From Acidimicrobiales bacterium (lineage in GTDB: Bacteria > Actinomycetota > Acidimicrobiia > Acidimicrobiales > Ilumatobacteraceae), in contig JBIOZN010000056.1 in assembly GCA_044871175.1 (NCBI GenBank), forward strand, positions 1-48,878: 48,878 nt of DNA. The letters run 5' to 3'. The translations under genes were made by a program, and so were the position numbers. Positions within the stretch are counted from its first letter, which is position 1. Every line of letters begins with the position of its first letter. Of this stretch, positions 1-7,096 are shown in pieces. Under the pieces are notes generated by a model. The model did no database searches. It had not been told where the DNA came from and worked only from the letters and a program-made list of their open reading frames with translations.

Positions 1-171
1 CCGCCCGCTCCGCCCGAAGGCGGAGGCGGTGGTGGTGGGGGCGGCGGGCGGTGCGGGTGCGGGTGCCGCGGGGTTGGAGCAGGAAGGTGAGGCGGGCGCA
101 GGTGAGGAGCTGGGGGGGCCGGTGGTAGCGGCCGGCCAGACGGACCCGTAGGACAGGTTGGAGCCAGGCAT
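1..171 (-). CDS. hypothetical Pro/Ala-rich protein, partial (3' end lies beyond window start)
   Basis: ATG at 171, 3 nt after the stop of 175..381. The frame stays open to position 1. MPGSNLSYGSVWPAATTGPP..., mostly G/C third positions. Confidence 0.35.
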   Translation of the reverse strand, partial: MPGSNLSYGSVWPAATTGPPSSSPAPASPSCSNPAAPAPAPPAAPTTTASAFGRSGR

Positions 172-174
172 GGT

Positions 175-381
175 TCACCGCTGCAACAGCCGGTCGATGG
201 CGGCCAGCAGGACGAGCGCGGCGTTGGCCATGTCGTAGGCGTCGCACGGATGGCGGGTGTAGTGGCACAGGGCGCACCGCTCGTAGCCGTTGTCGGGCTG
301 TTGGGCGGGGTCGTGGGCGTCCTTGACCGCTTGAGCGTCCCGGCGTAGCTCTTCCCGGTTCACGCCCCCCAACGGTGTCAC
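175..381 (-). CDS. hypothetical protein (Cys/His cluster CALCHYTRHPC)
   Basis: ORF-track ORF with normal amino-acid composition. 4-nt overlap with the upstream gene 378..587. Confidence 0.6.
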   Translation of the reverse strand: MTPLGGVNREELRRDAQAVKDAHDPAQQPDNGYERCALCHYTRHPCDAYDMANAALVLLAAIDRLLQR

Positions 382-587
382 ATGCCGGTTGTAGGTGTCG
401 GGCCGGCAGGAAGGTCGCGGGGACGGGCTGGGCAGACCGACTCGTGGTCGGGGACGCCCATGGCCTGGGCGAACATGTCGGCCAGGACGGCAGGGTCAAG
501 CCGGGGACCCGAGTACACGACCCGGTCAGGCGGTCCGGGTAGCGGGGCGCCACACCAGCGGCACGTCTCAGAGGGTGTCGTCGTCAC
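378..587 (-). CDS. hypothetical protein with CxxC (CRWCG) motif
   Basis: GTG start at 587. Plausible composition. Chained to its neighbours by overlaps. Confidence 0.5.
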   Translation of the reverse strand: MTTTPSETCRWCGAPLPGPPDRVVYSGPRLDPAVLADMFAQAMGVPDHESVCPARPRDLPAGPTPTTGM

Positions 588-858
588 GGGAGGGTCCTAG
601 CCCGAACTGTTCACGCATCGCAGTGATGATGGCCTCGTCGTCATCGTTGGGGCCCAAGGCGACGGCGACCTCAGCCAGGGTCTGCTCCACCCGTTCAATG
701 TGGTCGGCGAGCAGGCCGGCGATGAGCGCCATGTCAGCGGCCAGCCAGCCTGCCTCGGTTGGGTGGGTGCTGGCGATGTCGTGCAGGGCTCGTACCTCCA
801 GGTCAGCGGCCTTGGCGCGTAGCAGGCGCACCACGTGTGCCGGGTCCAGCTCGGTCAT
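568..858 (-). CDS. hypothetical protein
   Basis: ATG at 858 preceded by CCCCTACCC-GAAGGAG-aaccg (strong SD at 7 nt). Helical, non-biased composition. Confidence 0.7.
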   Translation of the reverse strand: MTELDPAHVVRLLRAKAADLEVRALHDIASTHPTEAGWLAADMALIAGLLADHIERVEQTLAEVAVALGPNDDDEAIITAMREQFGLGPSRDDDTL

Positions 859-898
859 CGGTTCTCCTTCGGGTAGGGGGAGGAAGGGGGAGGAAGTG

Positions 899-940
899 GT
901 GGGGGCCCACTCCTGGGAGGCGGGCCCAGGGGGCCCCCAC
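899..940 (-). terminator. GC-rich extended hairpin downstream of rpf (intrinsic-terminator candidate)
   Basis: GTGGGGGCCC (899-908) pairs with GGGCCCCCAC (931-940). An inner CCTGGG/CCCAGG stem has a 7-nt loop. No U tract. Confidence 0.45.
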
Positions 941-992
941 CGGGCAAGAGAACGGCAGCGGGACGTCCCCTTGCGCTAGTCAGCCTAGCTGG

Positions 993-1457
993 TCAGCGGT
1001 AGCCGGCCCGCCGGGAGCAGGTCGGCCACGCCTGCCAGCCCTGATCGGCGAGCACCTTCTCGGCGATGGCGATCTGCTGGGCTGGGGTGGCGTCGTAGGC
1101 GTGGGCGGCGTAAGCGGTGCCGCCGTAGCCCCGCCAGGTGGACGGCTCGAACTGCAGCCCGCCCTCGAAGTGGCCTTCGGTGGCGTGCCAGTTGCCCCCG
1201 CTCTCGCACTGGAGGATGGGGGCCCACTTGCCGATGCCACCGGTGTTGCCGCCGCCGGTGCGCGAGTTGGTGGTGCCGTTCTTCTCCTTGTCGACACGAC
1301 AGCCGTCGGCGCCGGGGCAGCCCTTCCGGGCGTACGCCTCGGCTGCCTTGGGGTCCTTGTCGTGCCACTTGATCCACGCCACCCTCTGGGCGGGTGTGCA
1401 TGCGGTGAGAGCCAGGGCCAGGCCTGCTCCCGCCATCAGTGCTCGTGTTCGTCTCAT
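993..1457 (-). CDS. rpf: Rpf-like (resuscitation-promoting-factor / transglycosylase-like domain) lipoprotein
   Basis: - Trimmed from ORF 993..2159 to ATG 1457 (MRRTRALMAGAGLALALTAC; signal peptide with LTAC lipobox; SD-like GAAAGGGAAA upstream).
- The C-terminal CESGGNW...GGLQF...TW..YGG...QQIAIAEKVLADQGWQAWPTC matches the Rpf domain signature. Confidence 0.85.
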   Translation of the reverse strand: MRRTRALMAGAGLALALTACTPAQRVAWIKWHDKDPKAAEAYARKGCPGADGCRVDKEKNGTTNSRTGGGNTGGIGKWAPILQCESGGNWHATEGHFEGGLQFEPSTWRGYGGTAYAAHAYDATPAQQIAIAEKVLADQGWQAWPTCSRRAGYR

Positions 1458-1498
1458 GGGTTTCCCTTTCTGTGGTTTCCGCCCGCAGATTGGGTTGC

Positions 1499-1528
1499 GC
1501 CCGCCCGAGGCTCGCGCCCCGGGCGGGC
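1499..1528 (-). other. 9-bp GC hairpin between the pentanucleotide array and the rpf RBS
   Basis: GCCCGCCCG (1499-1507) pairs with CGGGCGGGC (1520-1528). The loop is 12 nt. Confidence 0.4.
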
Positions 1529-1530
1529 TT

Positions 1531-2236
1531 CCTTGCCTCGCCACACCTCGCCACGGCTCGCCTTGCCCCGCCCGGCCCAACCATGCCGAGCCACGCCGTG
1601 CCCCGCCTTGCCGTGCCACGCCCTGCCCCGCCAAGCCACGCCCAGCCTTGCCTCGCCCGACCAAGCCCCGCCGCGCCTTGCCTCGCCATGCCCAGCCAGG
1701 CCCGGCCGTGCCCGACCTTGCCGCGCCACGCCACGCCGCGCCGCGCCCCACCCTGCCCTGCCCTGCCTCGCCATGCCGCGCCAGGCCCTGCCGAGCCACG
1801 CCGCGCCCGGCCCTGCCGAGCCGTGCCACGCCACGCCGCGCCCGGCCCTGCCTGGCCTCGCCTTGCCTCGCCGCGCCCTGCCCCGCCCCACCGGACCCCG
1901 CCTCGCCGGGCCACGCCAGTCCCGGCCACGCCGGGCCTCGCCTTGCCCCGCCCCGCCAAACCCTGCCGCGCCGAACCCTGCCCAGCCACGCCCTGCCTCG
2001 CCCTGCCACGCCACGCCTTGCCGTGCCACGCCCCACCGGACCACGCCGTGCCGCGCCCCGCCCCGCCTGGCCATGCCATGCCGCGCCTCGCCTGGCCTCG
2101 CCTGGCCCGGCCAGGCCCAGCCATGCCTTGCCTCGCCGAGCCTTGCCAAGCCCGACCAAACCGCGCCCCGCCCTGCCGTGCCCTGCCAGGCCGGGCCTGG
2201 CCGAGCCGCGCCGCGCCGCGTCCCTGCCCCGCCAAG
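1531..2236. repeat. phase-locked degenerate pentanucleotide array (CCNNG)n, about 141 units; reads (CNNGG)n on the minus strand
   Basis: - Hand-read: 138 consecutive 5-nt units (1531-2220) without a phase break, then one extra T (2221) and 3 more units.
- Positions 1-2 are CC in all but one unit. Position 5 is G in about 124 units (otherwise A, once T). Positions 3-4 are variable.
- The array is open in all six frames, so the six ORF-track ORFs here are artefacts. Confidence 0.95.
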
Positions 2237-2237
2237 A

Positions 2238-2909
2238 TCAGGCTTCCTCGACGGAGAAGCTCTTGACCGCGAACCGTCCGAACGTCGGCCGGAAGTCCGC
2301 TAACCCCACAATGCGGCCCGCCACGGTGATCACGTCCAGCAAGTCAGCCGGCGGGATGTACTCGGGCAGCAGCACCTGCAAAGCGATCTCAGCCGTCCAC
2401 CCCGACAGGATCGCCGGGCGGGCCCTCGTCACCCCGTTGCGTTGCACCTCCACCCGGCGGCGATCCACGTAGTCCCAGTCCCGCACCCCCAGAGTGCCCA
2501 CGTCGGTCAGGCTCACGATGCCCGCCTTGTACAGGTCCAACGCGCTCTTGCGGGGCGAGCGGGGGTCCTGCCGGTACTTGGCGGCGCCCGCCTTGCCTGC
2601 CACCGCCGAACGCAGATACTCGCCGGGCAAACCCAGCGTGCCGTCCTCGCAGCGCCACACGTAGCTCTCCAGGTCGTCCGTCTTCTTCTTCGCCGAGCCT
2701 TTAGGCGCGGCCGCCTTGTCCTGCACGGCGTCGGACTGCCAGCGGTGGAACAGCATGTTGCTCGTGCCGAGCAAGGTGACGTTGGCGACGTAGGGGACGT
2801 GGATCGGGTTCAGGTAGGGCTCGTCGCCGCCCAAAGCGGTCATGCGGGGACCGTTGGGCTGGTCGGGCGGGTTGGGCTGGTCGGCCGATGGGGCCTTACG
2901 GGCAGTCAT
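2238..2909 (-). CDS. hypothetical protein (223 aa), function not recognised
   Basis: ORF-track ORF with ordinary composition (…GLPGEYLRSAV…RPTFGRFAVKSF). ATG 2909 lies 17 nt downstream of a TAGACAGGCTAG -10-like motif. An alternative ATG exists 22 codons in. Confidence 0.7.
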   Translation of the reverse strand: MTARKAPSADQPNPPDQPNGPRMTALGGDEPYLNPIHVPYVANVTLLGTSNMLFHRWQSDAVQDKAAAPKGSAKKKTDDLESYVWRCEDGTLGLPGEYLRSAVAGKAGAAKYRQDPRSPRKSALDLYKAGIVSLTDVGTLGVRDWDYVDRRRVEVQRNGVTRARPAILSGWTAEIALQVLLPEYIPPADLLDVITVAGRIVGLADFRPTFGRFAVKSFSVEEA

Positions 2910-2958
2910 GCCCGGGTAACCTAGCCTGTCTAGTGACTGGCGCTGGACGGCCCCCCGT

Positions 2959-3294
2959 TCACACCAGCGTGCCGACGGGGGTGGTGATGAACCGTGTAGC
3001 CGTCGTTGTGCCCCGATTGCGCCCGTCAGACCCCACCGCCCGGGACCGGCCCGAGTTGACCGGCCACGCGTACCGCAACGGCGTCACGATCACCTCCACC
3101 GCCCCGTCCGCCGACGACTGGGACACGTGCCGCAACGAACGGCGCAACGTCCCGGTGCGGGACGGGGTGCGCGCCGTGATCACCCCCAACGCGTTCTCGC
3201 CGGCCCGGTACAGCACGGGGGCCGCCCCCCGGCGGGCCGCCCGTTCCATGGCCGGCAGGTCCATGGTCAACGTCACCCGGTCCGACAGCCTCAC
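2959..3294 (-). CDS. HK97 gp10-like head-tail/neck protein (candidate)
   Basis: GTG 3294 sits in a GTGA overlap with the tape-measure stop. TGTLRRSLRHV…VEVIVTPLRYAWPVNSG resembles the gp10-family TGxLRxSI…Y motif. Confidence 0.5.
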   Translation of the reverse strand: MRLSDRVTLTMDLPAMERAARRGAAPVLYRAGENALGVITARTPSRTGTLRRSLRHVSQSSADGAVEVIVTPLRYAWPVNSGRSRAVGSDGRNRGTTTATRFITTPVGTLV

Positions 3295-5972
3295 AGTGAC
3301 CGCACCGATCGGGCCACCATTCGGGCCACCAGATCAGGGTTGGTGGCGGCCGTGTTCACGTTCACGGTGGCGTTCACGGTCCTGGTGGTGACGGCACCCG
3401 GGCCGGCCACCGCTGGGGCCGCCAACCCGGCCGCCCCCAGGCCTGCGGTGGCGGGCACGATCACAGGCATGGGCGTGGGCACCGGGCCCAACGTCCCCCC
3501 GCCACCGGCGCTGAACGGGTTCAAGGCCGAACCGATGCTGCTCACCGCGTTCCCCGCCCAGTCCGTCACCTTGTCGAAGGCTGACTTCATGCCGTTCCAC
3601 ATGCCCTCGATCAGCTTCACGCCCAGGTCGTACAGCACCCTGCTCACGTCACCGATGGCCCGCACAATGGCGCCGGGCAGATTCCGGAACCAGTCGACGA
3701 TGCGGCTCCACACCGCGTCGATGCCGTCGGACAGGCCGCCCATCAACTGCCGGCCCAGACCGAGCAGGGTCGACGCCAGGGAACCGATGGCGGCCAGGAT
3801 CTTGTTGGGCAGGTCAGCGAACCAGGACCGCACGCTGTCCCACACCGCCTGGATGCCGTCCCAGAAGCCCTGGATCAGGTCACGGCCCTTCTGCAGCAGC
3901 AAGCCGAGCATGTCGCCCAGCCGGCCTGGCAGCCCGGTGACGAAACCAACGATGGCGTCGATCACGTCGGAGGCGATCTGCTTGATGGCCTCCCACACCT
4001 CACCCCAGTCCACCTTGAAGTCGTTGAGGAAGGTGATCACCGCGGCGATCGCCGTCACCAGTCCCTGCACGGCCGTGATCAGGACCACGTTGATGACCTC
4101 GGCCACCTTGGTGATCACCGGGATCAGCAGGCCCAGCACCTGCAGCAGCGGGGGGAGCAGCAGCTGCACCAACTGCAACAGGGGAGGCAGCAACGGCATC
4201 AGCGCCGCCAGCAGCTCGGCCTGCGACGTCACCCACTGAGCGAAGTACTCGATGAGCATCGGCAGGATCGGGGCCAGCGAATCGGCCAGCACCGACACCG
4301 TTTCGACCAGCACCGGGAAGATCGGTTCCAGGGCCTCCATCACCTTGTCGAAGGCGGCCTGAAGGTCGGGGAGGACGGCCAGCAGGGCGTCACCGACGAC
4401 GCCGGCAAGCCGGGCGAACACGTCGGCGATGTCCATCAGCACCGGGAAGATCGCCTCCAGCCCGGTCTGCAAGAACTGGGCCAGCAAGTCGATCAGCGGG
4501 GCGAAGGCGCGGGCAACTGCGCCCACCACCTTTGCTAAAGGGACCAGGGCGTCCTGCACCAGTTGCGACAAGGGGATCAGCAGCGGCGCGATGGCCATGG
4601 CGACCTGGCCGAGCGCGTCCAGCACCGGGCCCAACGCCGAGCCCAGGTTGTTGAACACGGTGGCGAAGATGGGGGCCAGGTTCTCCAGCAGCGGGCCCAG
4701 CCCGGCGATGGCCGGCGCCAGGTTCTCGGCTAGCACCGTCAACAGGGGGGTGACCGCCGGCAGCACCTCCCGGAACGACGACAGCAGCTGGGTCATGGCC
4801 GGCATCAGCGCCGCGCCGATCGCCGCTTTGCTGTTCTCCAGCTCGGCGGCCAGGATGCGCTGGCTGTTCGCCATGCCCTCGGAGGTGTTCTCGAAGTCGC
4901 CGGCCACCTTGTCGGACTGGGCCATGATCAGCGCGTAGCTGGCCTGCGCCTTCTGGGCGTCGGTGAGCGCGGGGACGGTGCCCTGGGTGGCCTCGGTCAG
5001 CTTGTCCTGAGCGCTCTGGTTGGCGAGCGCGGCCTGTTGCGCCTGCAACGAGTCGGAGCCGTACTTCTTGACGGCGTCGTTGTATTTCTGCTGGGCGATG
5101 TCAGCCTTGGCTTGGGCGGTGGCGATCTTCTCGGTGTCACCGGTGGCCTGGACCAGGCCCATGCTCAACGCCTGCGCCTCGATGGCGCCCTGGTTGAGCA
5201 TGATCCCGAAACGGCGGGCCGGCTCCGACTCGCCCCGCAGGGCCGCCCCCAACGCGCCCACCACCTCGGCCGGTTCGGCGTTGAAGGCCGAACCGAGGTC
5301 GGCGCCGCGCTGCAACAGGTCCTGGGTGGCCTGGGCGGCCTGATCGGCGTTGTAGCCCAGGTTGCCCAGCAGGGCGCCGATGTTGGCGCCGGCCTGGCGG
5401 GCGTCGGACTCGGCCAGGCCGATGCCGGTGGCCGAGGTCTTGAAGAACTGGTCGAGCGCGGACGCTGACTGTTCGCTCATGCCGGCGAACACCAGGCCGG
5501 TCACGTTCACGGCCTCGTTGAGGTCGCCGGCCGCGCCCGTCAGCTCAACGAACTGGTCTTTGATCTGGCCGATGACGGCTGCGCCTCCGGCCGCCGCCAG
5601 ACCCCCGGCCACGATGCCCCCCAGGCCCCCGAAGGTGCGGGAGGCGTTGGTGCTGATGTCAGAGAACTGGCGGTTGGCGCCGTCGGCGTTCTCCTTGGCT
5701 GACCGTTCCACCTTCTCGAACTGCTGGTCGGCCTCCCGGGCGATGGCAGCGAAGTCGTCAGCGGTTTCCTCGTCCAGCTTGGCGAAGGCCCGCTCCACGC
5801 CGGACGCTGACTCCTTGGCCGCCGCCTCCACCTCACCGAACTCGTCGCGGGCGTCCGCCGAGATCTGGCCCAACACCCGGGACACCTCGCCCTGAGTGGA
5901 GCCCATGTTGGCGGACAACGACGACGTGTCGGCGGTGATGCGGAGCACCGCGTCGCCAATGGTCTCCGGCAC
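3291..5972 (-). CDS. tail tape measure protein
   Basis: 893 aa. Typical TMP N-terminus (IGDAVLRITADTSSL…), long Ala/Leu/Gly-rich helical repeats and a TP901-like core (…GESEPARRFGIMLNQGAIEAQALSMGL…). Confidence 0.85.
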   Translation of the reverse strand: MPETIGDAVLRITADTSSLSANMGSTQGEVSRVLGQISADARDEFGEVEAAAKESASGVERAFAKLDEETADDFAAIAREADQQFEKVERSAKENADGANRQFSDISTNASRTFGGLGGIVAGGLAAAGGAAVIGQIKDQFVELTGAAGDLNEAVNVTGLVFAGMSEQSASALDQFFKTSATGIGLAESDARQAGANIGALLGNLGYNADQAAQATQDLLQRGADLGSAFNAEPAEVVGALGAALRGESEPARRFGIMLNQGAIEAQALSMGLVQATGDTEKIATAQAKADIAQQKYNDAVKKYGSDSLQAQQAALANQSAQDKLTEATQGTVPALTDAQKAQASYALIMAQSDKVAGDFENTSEGMANSQRILAAELENSKAAIGAALMPAMTQLLSSFREVLPAVTPLLTVLAENLAPAIAGLGPLLENLAPIFATVFNNLGSALGPVLDALGQVAMAIAPLLIPLSQLVQDALVPLAKVVGAVARAFAPLIDLLAQFLQTGLEAIFPVLMDIADVFARLAGVVGDALLAVLPDLQAAFDKVMEALEPIFPVLVETVSVLADSLAPILPMLIEYFAQWVTSQAELLAALMPLLPPLLQLVQLLLPPLLQVLGLLIPVITKVAEVINVVLITAVQGLVTAIAAVITFLNDFKVDWGEVWEAIKQIASDVIDAIVGFVTGLPGRLGDMLGLLLQKGRDLIQGFWDGIQAVWDSVRSWFADLPNKILAAIGSLASTLLGLGRQLMGGLSDGIDAVWSRIVDWFRNLPGAIVRAIGDVSRVLYDLGVKLIEGMWNGMKSAFDKVTDWAGNAVSSIGSALNPFSAGGGGTLGPVPTPMPVIVPATAGLGAAGLAAPAVAGPGAVTTRTVNATVNVNTAATNPDLVARMVARSVRSL

Positions 5973-5981
5973 CGCTCCAGC

Positions 5982-6494
5982 GTGGCGCGCGCCGGCCCCG
6001 CCGCCTGGGACTGCGTGGCAAGCTCACCCATCCGCTACGGGTTCGACGTCTACACCCACACCGAGGTTGTGCCCCGGCCGCCGCCGGTCACCACCCGCTG
6101 GCGGGTGGGCCCGGTGCGGGCCAAGACGATCGTTCCCGCTCCCCAGGGTTTCACCCTCACCGCCGACCGCCAGGAGATCACCGTGCAACTCACCGCCGAC
6201 CAGCAGGTCGCCCTGTCCATCACCGGCCAAGACGACTACGGCAACCCCGTCGACATCACCGGTGACGTCGTCTGGTTGTCGTCCGACGAGACCATCGTCC
6301 GGGTTGACCAGGAGGACGCCCAGCACGCCACCGCCGTCGCCGTCGGCCCGGTGGGCACGGCCGCCGTCACCGTCACCAACGACGTCAACCAGGACGGGAC
6401 CGGCGACTTCCAGGGCTCCCTCGCCATTGACGTGGTGGCCGGCGACATCACCGAGATCGCCATCATTCCGGGTGACCCCACCGACAAGCCGTAG
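5982..6494 (+). CDS. bacterial Ig-like (Big_2-type) domain protein
   Basis: Plus strand. ITVQLTADQQVALSITGQDDYGNPVDITGDVVWLSSDETIVRVD…AVGPVGTAAVTVT is a typical Big_2 pattern. High GC3 from the first codons. Start uncertain (GTG 5982 or GTG 6015). Confidence 0.7.
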   Translation: MARAGPAAWDCVASSPIRYGFDVYTHTEVVPRPPPVTTRWRVGPVRAKTIVPAPQGFTLTADRQEITVQLTADQQVALSITGQDDYGNPVDITGDVVWLSSDETIVRVDQEDAQHATAVAVGPVGTAAVTVTNDVNQDGTGDFQGSLAIDVVAGDITEIAIIPGDPTDKP

Positions 6495-6504
6495 CGTTGC
6501 CGCC

Positions 6505-6780
6505 ATGAGGAAGACCCTGGCTGGCATTGGGCTCGGTGCTGCGCTGGTGTTCGGGCCCGTCGCCCACGCCGCCGCTCAGACCGTGCCCACCATCGACCGC
6601 GACATCGACGTGGACGACGACGATGACGGTGACGCCGGCTTGTGGGGATTGGCCGGGCTGGCCGGGCTGCTGGGTCTGGCGGGTCTGGCGGGGCGCAAGC
6701 GGCGTGAGGTCGTGGAGCGCCCCGGCACCACCTACCGGTCACCCCCGACCACGGGTGGGGCGTCCAGCACCAACCCGTAG
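6505..6780 (+). CDS. small secreted/anchored protein with Asp-rich segment and WGxxGxxG-type C-terminal Gly/Leu anchor
   Basis: Trimmed from ORF 5896..6780 to ATG 6505. Signal peptide MRKTLAGIGLGAALVFGPVAHAAAQ, then DRDIDVDDDDDGD, then WGLAGLAGLLGLAGLAGRKRRE. Confidence 0.65.
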   Translation: MRKTLAGIGLGAALVFGPVAHAAAQTVPTIDRDIDVDDDDDGDAGLWGLAGLAGLLGLAGLAGRKRREVVERPGTTYRSPPTTGGASSTNP

Positions 6781-6781
6781 C

Positions 6782-7096
6782 TCACTCGGAGAGGCGCACG
6801 TCGGCGGCGACCAGGATGGACGCCAGGCCGGCGGCCGCCCACGCCGTCACCAGCACCTCCCAGATGCCTGCCTGCCACAGGCCGGTGGCGAACGCCCACA
6901 CGGCGACGGCCGCCACGGCCGCCCACCACGACACGCAGAACGGGCACACGACCAGCTTCCCGAAGAAGCCCGGGTCCTCGCGGCCCACCGGGTTGAGCCG
7001 GTCACGTAACGGTTCGGTGATGCCGTCCAAGGCGAGCAGCCGGCCCACCCGGTAGGCGGCGAAGCCGGCCAGCAGCGCCGCCACCACGTAGCTCAA
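6782..7096 (-). CDS. DUF1360-like integral membrane protein
   Basis: Trimmed from ORF 6782..7387 to TTG 7096 (TTGA overlap with the protease stop). GITEPLRDRL…GKLVVCPFCVSWWAA plus hydrophobic segments. Confidence 0.55.
   Translation of the reverse strand: MSYVVAALLAGFAAYRVGRLLALDGITEPLRDRLNPVGREDPGFFGKLVVCPFCVSWWAAVAAVAVWAFATGLWQAGIWEVLVTAWAAAGLASILVAADVRLSE

Noticed and set aside
1494-1530. Plus-strand TTGCGCCCGCCCG… resembling the conserved -35/spacer.
   Set aside because: There is no TAnnnT -10 at 17-18 nt and no plus-strand gene downstream. The sequence is better explained as one arm of the 1499-1528 hairpin.
1531-2236. CRISPR array or classical iteron/tandem repeat.
   Set aside because: - There is no alternation of conserved repeats with unique spacers.
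- The period is 5 nt with a fixed GCC and a variable NN.
- No cas genes are present.
759-2472. Six long overlapping ORFs (759..2303+, 1138..2472+, 1439..2266+, 985..2235-, 993..2159-, 1454..2149-) encoding Pro/Arg/Ala/Gly pentapeptide-periodic proteins.
   Set aside because: - They exist only because CCNNG units cannot form stop codons unless NN is TA.
- All frames are equivalent and none shows the GC3 bias of real genes.
- The Rpf frame has a proper signal peptide, RBS and ATG at 1457.
2921-2932. A full promoter upstream of 2238..2909.
   Set aside because: Only the TAGACAGGCTAG part is present. There is no TTGCG-type -35 at 17-18 nt. It is kept only as a partial copy within the promoter finding.
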